A DNA stretch of 64,000 bases from Pseudomonadota bacterium (GTDB taxonomy: Bacteria; Pseudomonadota; Gammaproteobacteria; Burkholderiales; Casimicrobiaceae), in NCBI GenBank assembly GCA_009786085.1, contig WQTW01000001.1, positions 14,177 through 78,176 of the forward strand, read 5' to 3'. Below the pieces are notes generated by a model. It did not search any database, was not told where the DNA came from, and worked only from the letters and a program-made list of their open reading frames with translations. The stretch's first letter is position 1; each line of letters starts with the position of its first letter. This document shows, one piece after another, positions 27,292-35,669 of the stretch. The translations under genes and the position numbers were made by a program.

Positions 27292-28204
27292 TCTGAATGG
27301 AAGATTCTAACATGCAGCCCATTCCCCCCGTCATTCCCGCGAAAGCGAGAATCCAGTTCGTAGTCTGGACAAGCGAAGCGCCGTCCGGGATCAAGCGCCT
27401 GAATAACCCCATCCCCACCCAAGCCCCCCCCCCTTGAAGGCTGAGGTTTACCAACAAGCACGTCGTCATTGCTTGCTGTGCCTTGTTGCTGACAAAAAGC
27501 CCTTCTCTTCGCGCTTATGGAGAGTAGCCCCGCAGGGGCATGATATGAGTAACCGTCGGTGGAGTGAGCGTAGCGAACGGAACCGGCGGAAAGCGTACTC
27601 CACGCATCCAGCCCTGCAAGGGCTGAACACTCTCCGCCGATTTCGCGCTCACTGCGTTCGCGCTCCACCGACGGTTACTCACGTAACGCGCCTGCGGCGC
27701 TTTTTGAAATACGCAAAAGCAGCACGGAATGACCTCGTACTTGTGGGTAAACCTCAGCCTTGAAGGGGAGGGCTTCAAAGTGCTTTTCTTCGCACTTTCG
27801 TGCTTTTCGTGGTTAATGGTTTTTCCCTTCGCGCCTTCGCGTGAGATCATGTTTTTCTGATACCTGATTCCTGACCTCTGATTCCTGAAACCCCCATCCC
27901 AGCCTTCCCACGCAAGCGGGGGAATGGGCGCTATCGACGCGTTTTGCCAAGGGGCGCGATTGATCGCGCCCTGTTTTTTTGGATTCTGCGACGCCGCTTC
28001 GCGTCGCGCAGAATGACGGTTTTTTTCTTTGCGTTCTATGCGTTTCTTTGCGCTCTTTGCGGTGAATCTTTTTCAACAAACCCACGCCCGCCTTCGGCGG
28101 ACATCCCCTTTCAAAAAGGGGCTTTTTTTCGTGCCTTTTCGTGGTCAAATTCTTCTCTTTGCGGTTACACTTTTCTGACTTCTGACTTCTGACTTCTGAC
28201 CTCC
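27292..28204. repeat. 910-bp intergenic repeat mosaic between divergent xseB and maf
   Basis: Contents: the GTAG REP 'gtagtctggacaagcgaagcgccgtccggg' at 27360-27391; 'ggggtggggatgggg'-type modules; heptamer arrays at about 27845-27890 and 28165-28200; 'cgtgcttttcgtggttaa' words; and a copy (about 28026-28135) of the composite also seen at about 583-700. A MITE is inserted at 27441-27757. Confidence 0.9.
27441..27757. mobile_element. MITE-like non-autonomous element (317 bp) with 30-bp imperfect TIRs and a 9-bp target-site duplication
   Basis: The left TIR 'ctgaggtttaccaacaagcacgtcgtcatt' (27441-27470) matches the reverse complement of 27728-27757 at 26 of 30 positions. The direct repeat 'ccttgaagg' flanks it at 27432-27440 and 27758-27766. 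There is no coding capacity. Internal long-range inverted repeats are present ('gagtaaccgtcggtggag' / 'ctccaccgacggttactc'). Confidence 0.6.
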
Positions 28205-28900
28205 ATGCCCGAATTTTCTCCCGTGTATCTCGCCTCTCAAAGCCCGCGTCGGCAAGCCTTGCTGACGCAGATCGGCGTGCCGTTCGAAGTGCTCACGCTC
28301 ACCGAGGGCGCCATCGCGGAAATTCCGCTGCCGGACGAAGCGCCGATCGCTTATGTCCGGCGAATGGCGCGCGCCAAGGCGGTGGTCGGGATGCGGCGAC
28401 TTCGCCAGCAACATTTGCCAACGCAGTTACCAATGCGCGCCGTGCTGGGCGCGGACACGGAGGTGGTTCTGGGAAACCGCATTTTCGGCAAGCCGCAGGA
28501 TCGGCAGGACGCCGCCGCCATGTTGCGCGCGCTGTCCGGAAAAACGCATGAGGTGATCAGCGCGGTGGCGTTGTGCCTTCCCGTTCGGAGGGGGCGCGCA
28601 ACGGAGGTTCTGGATCGTGTCCTGGTGTCGCGGGTGACGTTCAAAACCTTGTGCGACGAGGAGATCAAGCGTTATCTCGACAGCGGCGAGCCGTTCGGCA
28701 AGGCGGGCGCTTACGCGATTCAGGGATGCGCCGGCGCGTTCGTGACGCATCTCGACGGCAGTTATTCGGGCGTTGTCGGGCTGCCGCTGTTTGAAACCGC
28801 GCAGTTATTCGCGTGTTTACGCTTGAATCTTTTCCCCGACGCCCGTATCCTGTCGGCTCACTCTGAAAGCAAATCCGATGTCCCGCGAAATTCTGGTTAA
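28205..28900 (+). CDS. maf: Maf-like nucleoside-triphosphate pyrophosphatase
   Basis: 'VYLASQSPRRQALL.QIGVPFEV' and 'GKAGAYAIQG' are Maf family signatures. The 3' end overlaps rng by 23 nt. Confidence 0.85.
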   Translation: MPEFSPVYLASQSPRRQALLTQIGVPFEVLTLTEGAIAEIPLPDEAPIAYVRRMARAKAVVGMRRLRQQHLPTQLPMRAVLGADTEVVLGNRIFGKPQDRQDAAAMLRALSGKTHEVISAVALCLPVRRGRATEVLDRVLVSRVTFKTLCDEEIKRYLDSGEPFGKAGAYAIQGCAGAFVTHLDGSYSGVVGLPLFETAQLFACLRLNLFPDARILSAHSESKSDVPRNSG

Positions 28901-30335
28901 CGTCACACCGCAAGAAACACGCGTCGCCGTGCTCGAACAAGGCATCGTCGAGGAATTGCATGTCGAGCGAACGCATACGCACGGGTTCGTCGGCAACATT
29001 TACCTCGGCAAGGTGGTGCGCGTGTTGCCGGGAATGCAAAGCGCCTTCGTCGATATCGGTCTGGAACGCGCGGCGTTTCTGCACGTCGCCGATATTTACG
29101 AGAACCGCGTCAAGTATGAGGACGACGCCAAACCGATTGAGCGTTTGCTGCACGAAGGCCAGTCGCTGATGGTGCAGGTGATCAAAGACCCGATCAGCGC
29201 CAAAGGCGCGCGGCTGTCCACGCAAATCAGTCTCGCCGGACGCCTTCTGGTGTTTCTGCCGCAGGACGCGCACATCGGTATTTCGCAGCGGATCGAGGAC
29301 GAAACCGAGCGCGAAACCTTGCGCGAACGTTTGCAGGCGTTGCTGCCGGAAGTGCCGCAAGGCGGTTTCATCATCCGCACGATGGCGGAAACCGCCACCG
29401 AGCACGAACTGAAAACCGACATCGAATACCTGACGCTCTTGTGGCGAGACGTGTCGCAGCGTTCCCGTGAACTTCCCACGCCGTCGCTGCTTTATCAGGA
29501 TTTGTTGCTGCCGCAGCGGATGCTGCGCGACATCGCTTCCGAAGACACGGTGGCGATTTACGTCGATGACAAAACAGCGTTGACCGCGATGCAGGCGTTT
29601 TCGCAGAAGTACACGATCGGGATGACCGAAAAATTATCGTTGTACGTCGGCGAGCGCGCGCTGTTCGATCGCTATGGCGTCGAAGAAGAATTGAACAAGG
29701 CGCTTTCGCGTCGCGTCGATCTGAAGTCCGGCGGTTATCTGATTTTCGACCAGACCGAAGCGTTGACCAGCATCGACGTCAACACCGGCGCGTTTGTCGA
29801 TGGCCGCAATTTCGAAGACACGGTTTTCAAAACCAACCTCGAAGCGGCGCACACCATCGCGCGACAACTGCGGTTGCGCAATCTGGGCGGTATCATCATC
29901 ATCGACTTTATCGACATGGAACGCTCCGAGCATCAGGAAGCCGTGCTCGAAGAATTGAACCGCGCGCTGGAAAAAGACCGCACGCGATTGAGCGTCAACG
30001 GTTTCACCCGTCTGGGGCTGATCGAGATGACGCGCAAGCGAACCCGCGAATCACTGGCGCAAATGCTGTGCGAACCGTGCCCGACCTGTCTGGGACGCGG
30101 CCAGATGAAAACCGCGCAAACCGTGTGCCACGAAATTCTCCGCGAGATTCAACGCGAAGCGCGGCAATACAGCGCGCGCGAATTCCGCATTCTGGCGTCG
30201 CAAGCGGTGATCGATTGTTTCCTCGACGAAGAATCGCAGAGTCTGGTGTGGCTCGCCGACCTGATCGGCAAAACCATTTCGCTGCAAGTGGAAACGCTTT
30301 ACACACAGGAACAATACGATATCGTGATCGTGTAA
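28878..30335 (+). CDS. rng: ribonuclease G
   Basis: 485 aa with an S1-like N-terminus 'GNIYLGKVVRVLPGMQSAFVDIG' and an RNase E/G catalytic core 'TSIDVNTG......FE.T..KTNLEAA..IARQLRLRNLGGIIIIDFIDM'. maf-rng synteny is common. Confidence 0.9.
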   Translation: MSREILVNVTPQETRVAVLEQGIVEELHVERTHTHGFVGNIYLGKVVRVLPGMQSAFVDIGLERAAFLHVADIYENRVKYEDDAKPIERLLHEGQSLMVQVIKDPISAKGARLSTQISLAGRLLVFLPQDAHIGISQRIEDETERETLRERLQALLPEVPQGGFIIRTMAETATEHELKTDIEYLTLLWRDVSQRSRELPTPSLLYQDLLLPQRMLRDIASEDTVAIYVDDKTALTAMQAFSQKYTIGMTEKLSLYVGERALFDRYGVEEELNKALSRRVDLKSGGYLIFDQTEALTSIDVNTGAFVDGRNFEDTVFKTNLEAAHTIARQLRLRNLGGIIIIDFIDMERSEHQEAVLEELNRALEKDRTRLSVNGFTRLGLIEMTRKRTRESLAQMLCEPCPTCLGRGQMKTAQTVCHEILREIQREARQYSAREFRILASQAVIDCFLDEESQSLVWLADLIGKTISLQVETLYTQEQYDIVIV

Positions 30336-30351
30336 CCTCGGAACCCACTTC

Positions 30352-30696
30352 ATGAAACGCCTCATCAATGCCTTTTCCTATTCCCTGCACGGGCTTGCCG
30401 CCGCCTGGCGCGACGAAGCCGCGTTTCGACAACTGGCGTTGCTGGCCATCATCGGTATTATCGCCGCCTGTTTTCTTCCTCTGAGCGCCACGGCTCGTGT
30501 GTTGCTGATCGGCGCGCATGGTTTGACGCTGGTCGTTGAATTGCTGAACTCTGCCATCGAAGCGACAATCGACCGCATCAGCGAAGAACGCCATCCCCTG
30601 TCGAAAAAAGCCAAAGATTGCGGCAGCGCCGCGCAAATGGTGATGCTGATACTGCTCGCCGCACTGTGGGGCGCGGCGTTGTGGGGGTGTTTTTGA
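30352..30696 (+). CDS. dgkA: diacylglycerol kinase
   Basis: 114 aa. 'AAWRDEAAFRQ' and 'ELLNSAIEA.IDRIS.E.H.LS..AKD.GSAA' match E. coli DgkA. Confidence 0.85.
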   Translation: MKRLINAFSYSLHGLAAAWRDEAAFRQLALLAIIGIIAACFLPLSATARVLLIGAHGLTLVVELLNSAIEATIDRISEERHPLSKKAKDCGSAAQMVMLILLAALWGAALWGCF

Positions 30697-30699
30697 TTT

Positions 30700-30990
30700 T
30701 ATTAAAAGCGTTTAACCACGAAAAAGACACGAAAGTAGAACAGGCGTAGGGTGGATAAGCGGAGCGCCATCCACCATTCGTAGGGGCGCGATTTATCGCG
30801 CCCTTTTTGTGGATTCTGCGACTTCGCGCAGAATGACGATTTTCTTTTGCGTTCTTTGCGTTCTTTGCGGTTAAATCTGTTTTTATTCCCGGATGGCGCT
30901 TCGCTTATCCGGGCTACGCTTGCTTTTCGTGGTTAACGATTTTCTTCGGGTGAAACAAATCCGTTGCGGCTCGCTGCGCTCACCAGCAAC
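30700..30990. repeat. intergenic repeat mosaic (three adjacent GTAG REP families + words)
   Basis: Contents: 'gtagggtggataagcggagcgccatccacc' at 30746-30775; 'gtaggggcgcgatttatcgcgccc' at 30780-30803; 'ttctgcgacttcgcgcagaa'; 'ctttgcgttctttgcggttaa'; and an inverted 'gtagcccggataagcgaagcgccatccgggaat' at 30885-30917. The REP at 30966-30994 supplies the TAG stop of the MFS-acyltransferase gene. Confidence 0.9.
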
Positions 30991-32889
30991 CTACAACGCT
31001 CGATGCTCACTGCAATGAAGCGCAACAACTTTCTCGCGCAAATTCCCCAATTTCAAATCCTGCGGTGCGATGGGCGGCCCTGCCTGCACGGTGATTCTGG
31101 AAAAAATTCCGCGCAATTTGCGCATCGCGCGCCCTTTGTGTGCGCGTGAGAAAAAACTGCCCCATAATCCATGCAGCGCCATCGGCACGACCGGCACCGG
31201 CGTTTCCCGCACCATGCGGGTGATGCCCGGAGAGAATTTGCCGATCTCGCCGTTCGGCGTCAACCGCCCTTCCGGAAAGATGCAAACGACTTCGCCATCG
31301 CGCAACGCCTGCGCGGCAAGCGCGAACGCCTGTTCTTTGAGTGCCTCATTGTCTCTGCGCGCTGTGACGGGAATGGTTCGTCCCATTCTGAACAGCCAAT
31401 GCAGTACCGGCATTTTGTAGAACCGATGGTCGATGATGAAGCGAATCGGGCGACGCACGGTTCCGACCAGTATCACGGAATCGGCGTAACTGACATGGTT
31501 GCAGGCCAGAATGCAAGCGCCGGTTTCCGGGATGTTTTCCAGCCCTTTGACGCGAACGCGATAGATCGTGTGCGTCAACAACCAACCGAGGCAACGCAGA
31601 ACATACTGCGGCGCCGCGAAGAATACGGCGATCGTCACGAGTGTGGTCAACGCGGCCACCACCATGAAAAGCTGCGGAATTGTCGCGCCCAGCGCAAACA
31701 GACAAATGGCGGTCAGCGACGCCAGCACCATCAGCAACGCATTCAGGATGTTGTTGGCGGCGATGATGCGCGAGCGCCGTTCGGGATCGGCGTACATCTG
31801 GATGAACACATAAAGCGGAACGGTGTACAGGCCGCCGCAAACGCCCATCATCACCAGATCGAATGCGATGCGCCAATGCGCAGGGTTCTCGAAATACGCC
31901 GCGATGCCGTTCTGCGTTTCGGCATGCAGTACGCGCGAAGCAAAACCGACATCGAACGCAAAAAACGCCAGCCCCGCCGCGCCGATGAAAACCAGCGCCG
32001 GTTCGACCCGTCCCCTGGACAATTTTTCGCACATCAACGCGCCGATGCCCAAGCCGATCGAAAAGAACGCAAGAAGCATGGTGGCCACGCGCTCATCGCC
32101 GCCGAGGATTTCTTTCGTGAAGTTGGGAAATTGCGAAAGGAAAATCACGCCGTAAAACCAGAACCATGAAATGCCCAGCATGCTCAACCAGACAACGCGC
32201 GTTTTCTGCGCGGCGCGGATGTTGCGCCAGGTTTCAGTGACCGGATTCCAGTGGATGCGCAAGTCCGGCGCGGCCGCCGGGGTCAACGGGATGCCGCGAC
32301 TCGCCAGATAACCGATAACGGCGATCAATATGCAGGCCATGCCGGAAGCCATCGGCCCATGCGTTTCGATGGCGATCAACAAACCGCCGGCGATGGTTCC
32401 CAGAAGAATCGCCACGAAAGTCGCGCTCTCGACAAGGCCGTTGCCGCCGACCAGTTCCTCGTTGCGCAAATGCTGCGGCAAAATCGCATATTTGACCGGC
32501 CCGAACAGCGCCGATTGCAGCCCCATCAGAAACAACACGGCAAACAGGAGCGTCACATTGCCCAGCCAGAAACCGAGCGCGCCGATTACCATGATGACGA
32601 TTTCCATCAGCTTCAAAAGACGGATCAGCCGCGATTTTTCAAACTTGTCGGCAATCTGTCCGGCGGTTGCCGAAAACAGCAGGAAGGGCAAAATGAACAG
32701 CCCCGCCGCCAGATTGACCAGCATCACCCCCGACAAGCCGCCAACGCTGCCGACATGGTAAACAATGAACAACGCCATCGCGTTCCTGAAAACATTGTCG
32801 TTTCCAGCGCCCAGAAACTGGGTGAAGAAAAAAGGCGCAAACCGGCGTTCACGCAGCAGCCGGAATTGATGGGGAGGCGATGTGCTCAC
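30991..32889 (-). CDS. fused MFS lysophospholipid transporter (LplT-like) / PlsC-family acyltransferase
   Basis: 632 aa. The N-terminal roughly 400 aa form a polytopic MFS domain ('FTQFLGAGNDN', 'AGQIADKF'). The C-terminus carries the acyltransferase motifs 'ACNHVSYAD' (HX4D) and 'IFPEGR'. The GTG start at 32889 is uncertain. Confidence 0.8.
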   Translation of the reverse strand: MSTSPPHQFRLLRERRFAPFFFTQFLGAGNDNVFRNAMALFIVYHVGSVGGLSGVMLVNLAAGLFILPFLLFSATAGQIADKFEKSRLIRLLKLMEIVIMVIGALGFWLGNVTLLFAVLFLMGLQSALFGPVKYAILPQHLRNEELVGGNGLVESATFVAILLGTIAGGLLIAIETHGPMASGMACILIAVIGYLASRGIPLTPAAAPDLRIHWNPVTETWRNIRAAQKTRVVWLSMLGISWFWFYGVIFLSQFPNFTKEILGGDERVATMLLAFFSIGLGIGALMCEKLSRGRVEPALVFIGAAGLAFFAFDVGFASRVLHAETQNGIAAYFENPAHWRIAFDLVMMGVCGGLYTVPLYVFIQMYADPERRSRIIAANNILNALLMVLASLTAICLFALGATIPQLFMVVAALTTLVTIAVFFAAPQYVLRCLGWLLTHTIYRVRVKGLENIPETGACILACNHVSYADSVILVGTVRRPIRFIIDHRFYKMPVLHWLFRMGRTIPVTARRDNEALKEQAFALAAQALRDGEVVCIFPEGRLTPNGEIGKFSPGITRMVRETPVPVVPMALHGLWGSFFSRAHKGRAMRKLRGIFSRITVQAGPPIAPQDLKLGNLREKVVALHCSEHRAL

Positions 32890-32944
32890 AATGGATCAAA
32901 AAAATGCGATGTTTCGCATCATGCGAGTTTGACGCCGATGCGTC

Positions 32945-33300
32945 AAGGGTTCAGGTATCAGAAGTCAGATGTCAGGGATCAGAAAAAACCCCATTTCACG
33001 CGAAGGCACAAAATCATAAGCGAAGCGAACCGCGACATTTTGGCCTCACGCGAAGCCGCGAATCTGCAAAGAACGCGGGTTCCTTCCCCTTCAAGGGGAA
33101 GGTTAGGATGGGGATGGGGTTGGCAGGCATCAGGCTTTGTCATTCTGCGCGAAACGAAGCGAAGTCGTAGAATCCAAACCCTCTCCCCCGCCCCTCTCCC
33201 GCAAGCGGGAGAGGGGCTTTTCCTCTTCGCGCCTCCGCGCCTTCGCGTGAGTCCCTTTTTCGTGGCCTTCGTGTTTTTCGCGGTTACGCGTTTTTCTCCG
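32945..33300. repeat. intergenic repeat mosaic upstream of thyA
   Basis: Contents: a heptamer run 'ggtatcagaagtcagatgtcagggatcagaaaaaacc'; 'tcacgcgaag' words; 'ccccttcaaggggaaggttaggatggggatgggg'; the P1 hairpin at 33179-33216; and 'cttcgcgcctccgcgccttcgcgtga'. Confidence 0.9.
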
Positions 33301-33367
33301 TGCCCCAGCATGAGAGATTTCCTGGATTTTGCGGCTGCGCTACAATGACCGCCTCACCGGAGTTTTC

Positions 33368-34162
33368 ATGAAAGCCTATCTCGATGTATTGCGCCGCGTG
33401 CGCGAAACCGGCACCCCGAAAGACGACCGCACCGGCACCGGCACGGTGTCGCTGTTCGGCCAGCAAATGCGGTTCGATCTGTCCGCCGGTTTTCCGCTGG
33501 TGACCACGAAAAAAGTTCACCTGAAGTCGATCATCTATGAATTGCTGTGGTTTCTGCGCGGCGAACACAACGTGCGCTGGTTGCAGCAGCACGGCGTCAC
33601 CATCTGGGACGAATGGGCTGACGAGAACGGCGAACTCGGCCCCGTCTATGGCGCGCAGTGGCGAAGTTGGCAAGCCGCCGACGGCACCCGCATCGACCAA
33701 ATGGCGCAACTGATCGACGCTCTTCGCCAGAACCCCGATTCGCGGCGGCTGATCGTGTCGGCCTGGAACGTCGGCGAGATTGACACGATGCGTTTGCCGC
33801 CGTGCCATGCATTTTTCCAGTTCTACGTCGCGGCGGGAAAATTGTCCTGCCAACTTTACCAGCGCAGCGCCGATTTGTTTCTGGGCGTGCCTTTCAACAT
33901 CGCTTCTTACGCGCTGCTCACTCACATGGTCGCGCAGCAAACCGATCTGGCGGTCGGCGAATTCATCTGGACCGGCGGCGATTGCCATTTGTACCGCAAC
34001 CATTTCGCGCAGGCCGATGAACAACTGACGCGCTCGCCGCTGCCGCTGCCGACGCTCAACATCAAACGCCGACCGCCCACCTTGTTTGACTACGTGTTCG
34101 AGGATTTCGAGATCATCAACTACCAAAGCCATCCGCCGATCAAAGCGCCGGTGGCGGTGTAA
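33368..34162 (+). CDS. thyA: thymidylate synthase
   Basis: 264 aa, collinear with E. coli ThyA ('MKAYLDVL..V...G....DRTGTGT.S.FG.Q.RF', active-site 'PCH.FFQFYV'). The ATG is at 33368. Confidence 0.95.
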   Translation: MKAYLDVLRRVRETGTPKDDRTGTGTVSLFGQQMRFDLSAGFPLVTTKKVHLKSIIYELLWFLRGEHNVRWLQQHGVTIWDEWADENGELGPVYGAQWRSWQAADGTRIDQMAQLIDALRQNPDSRRLIVSAWNVGEIDTMRLPPCHAFFQFYVAAGKLSCQLYQRSADLFLGVPFNIASYALLTHMVAQQTDLAVGEFIWTGGDCHLYRNHFAQADEQLTRSPLPLPTLNIKRRPPTLFDYVFEDFEIINYQSHPPIKAPVAV

Positions 34163-34164
34163 GT

Positions 34165-34470
34165 CAGGGATCAGGTATCAGAAAAACTCGCGTAGCCCGG
34201 ATAAGCGAAGCGCCATCCGGGAATCAAAAACACGATTAACCGCAAAGAACGCATAGAGCGCAAAGAAAAAAACCGGCGTCATTGCGAGCGAAGCGAAGCA
34301 ATCCAGCGATTTTTTCGTTGCGCACATTTTCTGGATTGCTTCGCTTCGCTCGCAATGACGGCTTTTTATATTCACACGAAGGCGCGGGAAGAAAAACCCC
34401 TGGAAAAGCCCTTCTCCCAGAATCCCCCATCGGGCGGCTTTTTTCATAGAGAAGAATATCGAGTCCCTTT
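34165..34470. repeat. intergenic repeat mosaic downstream of thyA
   Basis: Contents: a heptamer run immediately after the thyA stop; the GTAG REP at 34192-34223; 'ttaaccgcaaagaacgcatagagcgcaaagaa'; and the 30-bp-arm P2 palindrome at 34277-34360. Confidence 0.9.
34277..34360. repeat. P2 module: perfect 30-bp-arm palindrome
   Basis: 'cgtcattgcgagcgaagcgaagcaatccag' (34277-34306) is the exact reverse complement of 34331-34360, with a 24-nt loop. Related partial or diverged copies lie at about 252-335, 49445-49510, 49628-49695 and 52277-52320. Confidence 0.95.
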
Positions 34471-34521
34471 TTCTGGGTAGAATGGCTTTTTGCCTCCGAA
34501 ACAAAAGGAAGGACGACGATC

Positions 34522-35040
34522 ATGGATCTCCGCAACCTCACGCTTCTGGCCATCAAACTGCTTGGGCTTTATTTGGTCTTCAAGGCGATTGAACATATAG
34601 CGTCAAACATACACATTTTGTTTCTTGCGGAAGACTACCTTAAGGTTTTGCCTCCCCTTGTATTATTTTTAGCTCCGATCCTATACGTGATCATCGGCGC
34701 CATCTTGCTTCGTGCGTCGGGGAAAATTACCAACTGCGTGATTCAGACAGAAAAGGATGCGTCGCCTTCACTGACCGCGTATAACCTGCTCCCCGTCGCC
34801 ATCCGGATCGTTTGCCTTTATTTCATCTTCAAATCGCTCTATTCTCTTGTTTACCATTTGGCTGAGAAGATTTTGTTTCATTTTAAAATGAACCATGCGT
34901 ATAATTATTCCGGTGTTTTCAATTCTCACGATGAAGCCTTCCTTCTGGCAGCGATTGTTCAATTTGCCGCCGCTTTGGCCGGCTGGTTCTTCGCCGGAAA
35001 AATCGCCGAATTCACCCGAAAAATCTCAAAGGACGAATAG
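34522..35040 (+). CDS. hypothetical small membrane protein (orphan)
   Basis: 172 aa with a good Shine-Dalgarno (aaggaagga) and about 4 hydrophobic helices. It is clearly A/T-richer than the neighbouring genes. I recognise no family. Confidence 0.5.
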   Translation: MDLRNLTLLAIKLLGLYLVFKAIEHIASNIHILFLAEDYLKVLPPLVLFLAPILYVIIGAILLRASGKITNCVIQTEKDASPSLTAYNLLPVAIRIVCLYFIFKSLYSLVYHLAEKILFHFKMNHAYNYSGVFNSHDEAFLLAAIVQFAAALAGWFFAGKIAEFTRKISKDE

Positions 35041-35044
35041 CCCC

Positions 35045-35638
35045 TCACCGCACGACTTTCCTCTCGACCGACGAAACTTCATTGTTCCTGAAACACACAT
35101 GCGTTCGCGTTTGCGGATCGCCTTCCGCCGGATCGTAAATCCAGCATTTTTCGCAGAGATCGCGGACGGTTTTCAGTTGTTTTTTCGAGGTCACCATGGT
35201 TCGTTCGCGGCAGGCGCCGCCCTCTTGCGAATCGGGCGCGCCGATGCGGGAGCGCACTTCGGCAGCGGTCATGCCTTCGCGGATGAAGCGGCGTTCGTTG
35301 GCGTTTTTGGTGGTCACCGTTGTTTTTGCGGCGCTTGAAGTTTTTTTCCTGGACGTTTTTGAGGTGTCGGACGATGTTTTCTCCGATGCGTCCACAGATT
35401 TTTCATCCGTCGCCGCTGTTTTCCGCGCGGATTTTTTCTTTGACGTTTTGGCGCTTTCCGGCTCGCTCTTCACTCCCTCGAAGGTGTTGTACTGCAATTC
35501 CATCGGTTCGCTGTTCGTCCCTTCGCAAGGTTTGTCGCTGAATTCGATTTTGCCGTCAGCGCCCGTGCATTTGTACACCGCCGCCAGCGCAGGTGTCGCC
35601 ATCAGCGCCCACAATAAGAAAACGATCACTGCTTTCAT
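35045..35638 (-). CDS. DUF4124-domain secreted protein with a Lys/Ser/Thr-rich linker and a BamE/SmpA-like C-terminal region
   Basis: Signal peptide 'MKAVIVFLLWALMATPALA', followed by 'VYKCTGADGKIEFSDKPC' (DUF4124). The C-terminal 'GMTAAEVRSRIGAP' recalls SmpA/OmlA. The ATG is at 35638. Confidence 0.7.
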   Translation of the reverse strand: MKAVIVFLLWALMATPALAAVYKCTGADGKIEFSDKPCEGTNSEPMELQYNTFEGVKSEPESAKTSKKKSARKTAATDEKSVDASEKTSSDTSKTSRKKTSSAAKTTVTTKNANERRFIREGMTAAEVRSRIGAPDSQEGGACRERTMVTSKKQLKTVRDLCEKCWIYDPAEGDPQTRTHVCFRNNEVSSVERKVVR

Positions 35639-35669
35639 TGAAACTTCCTTTTTATATTGTGCCCTGAGC

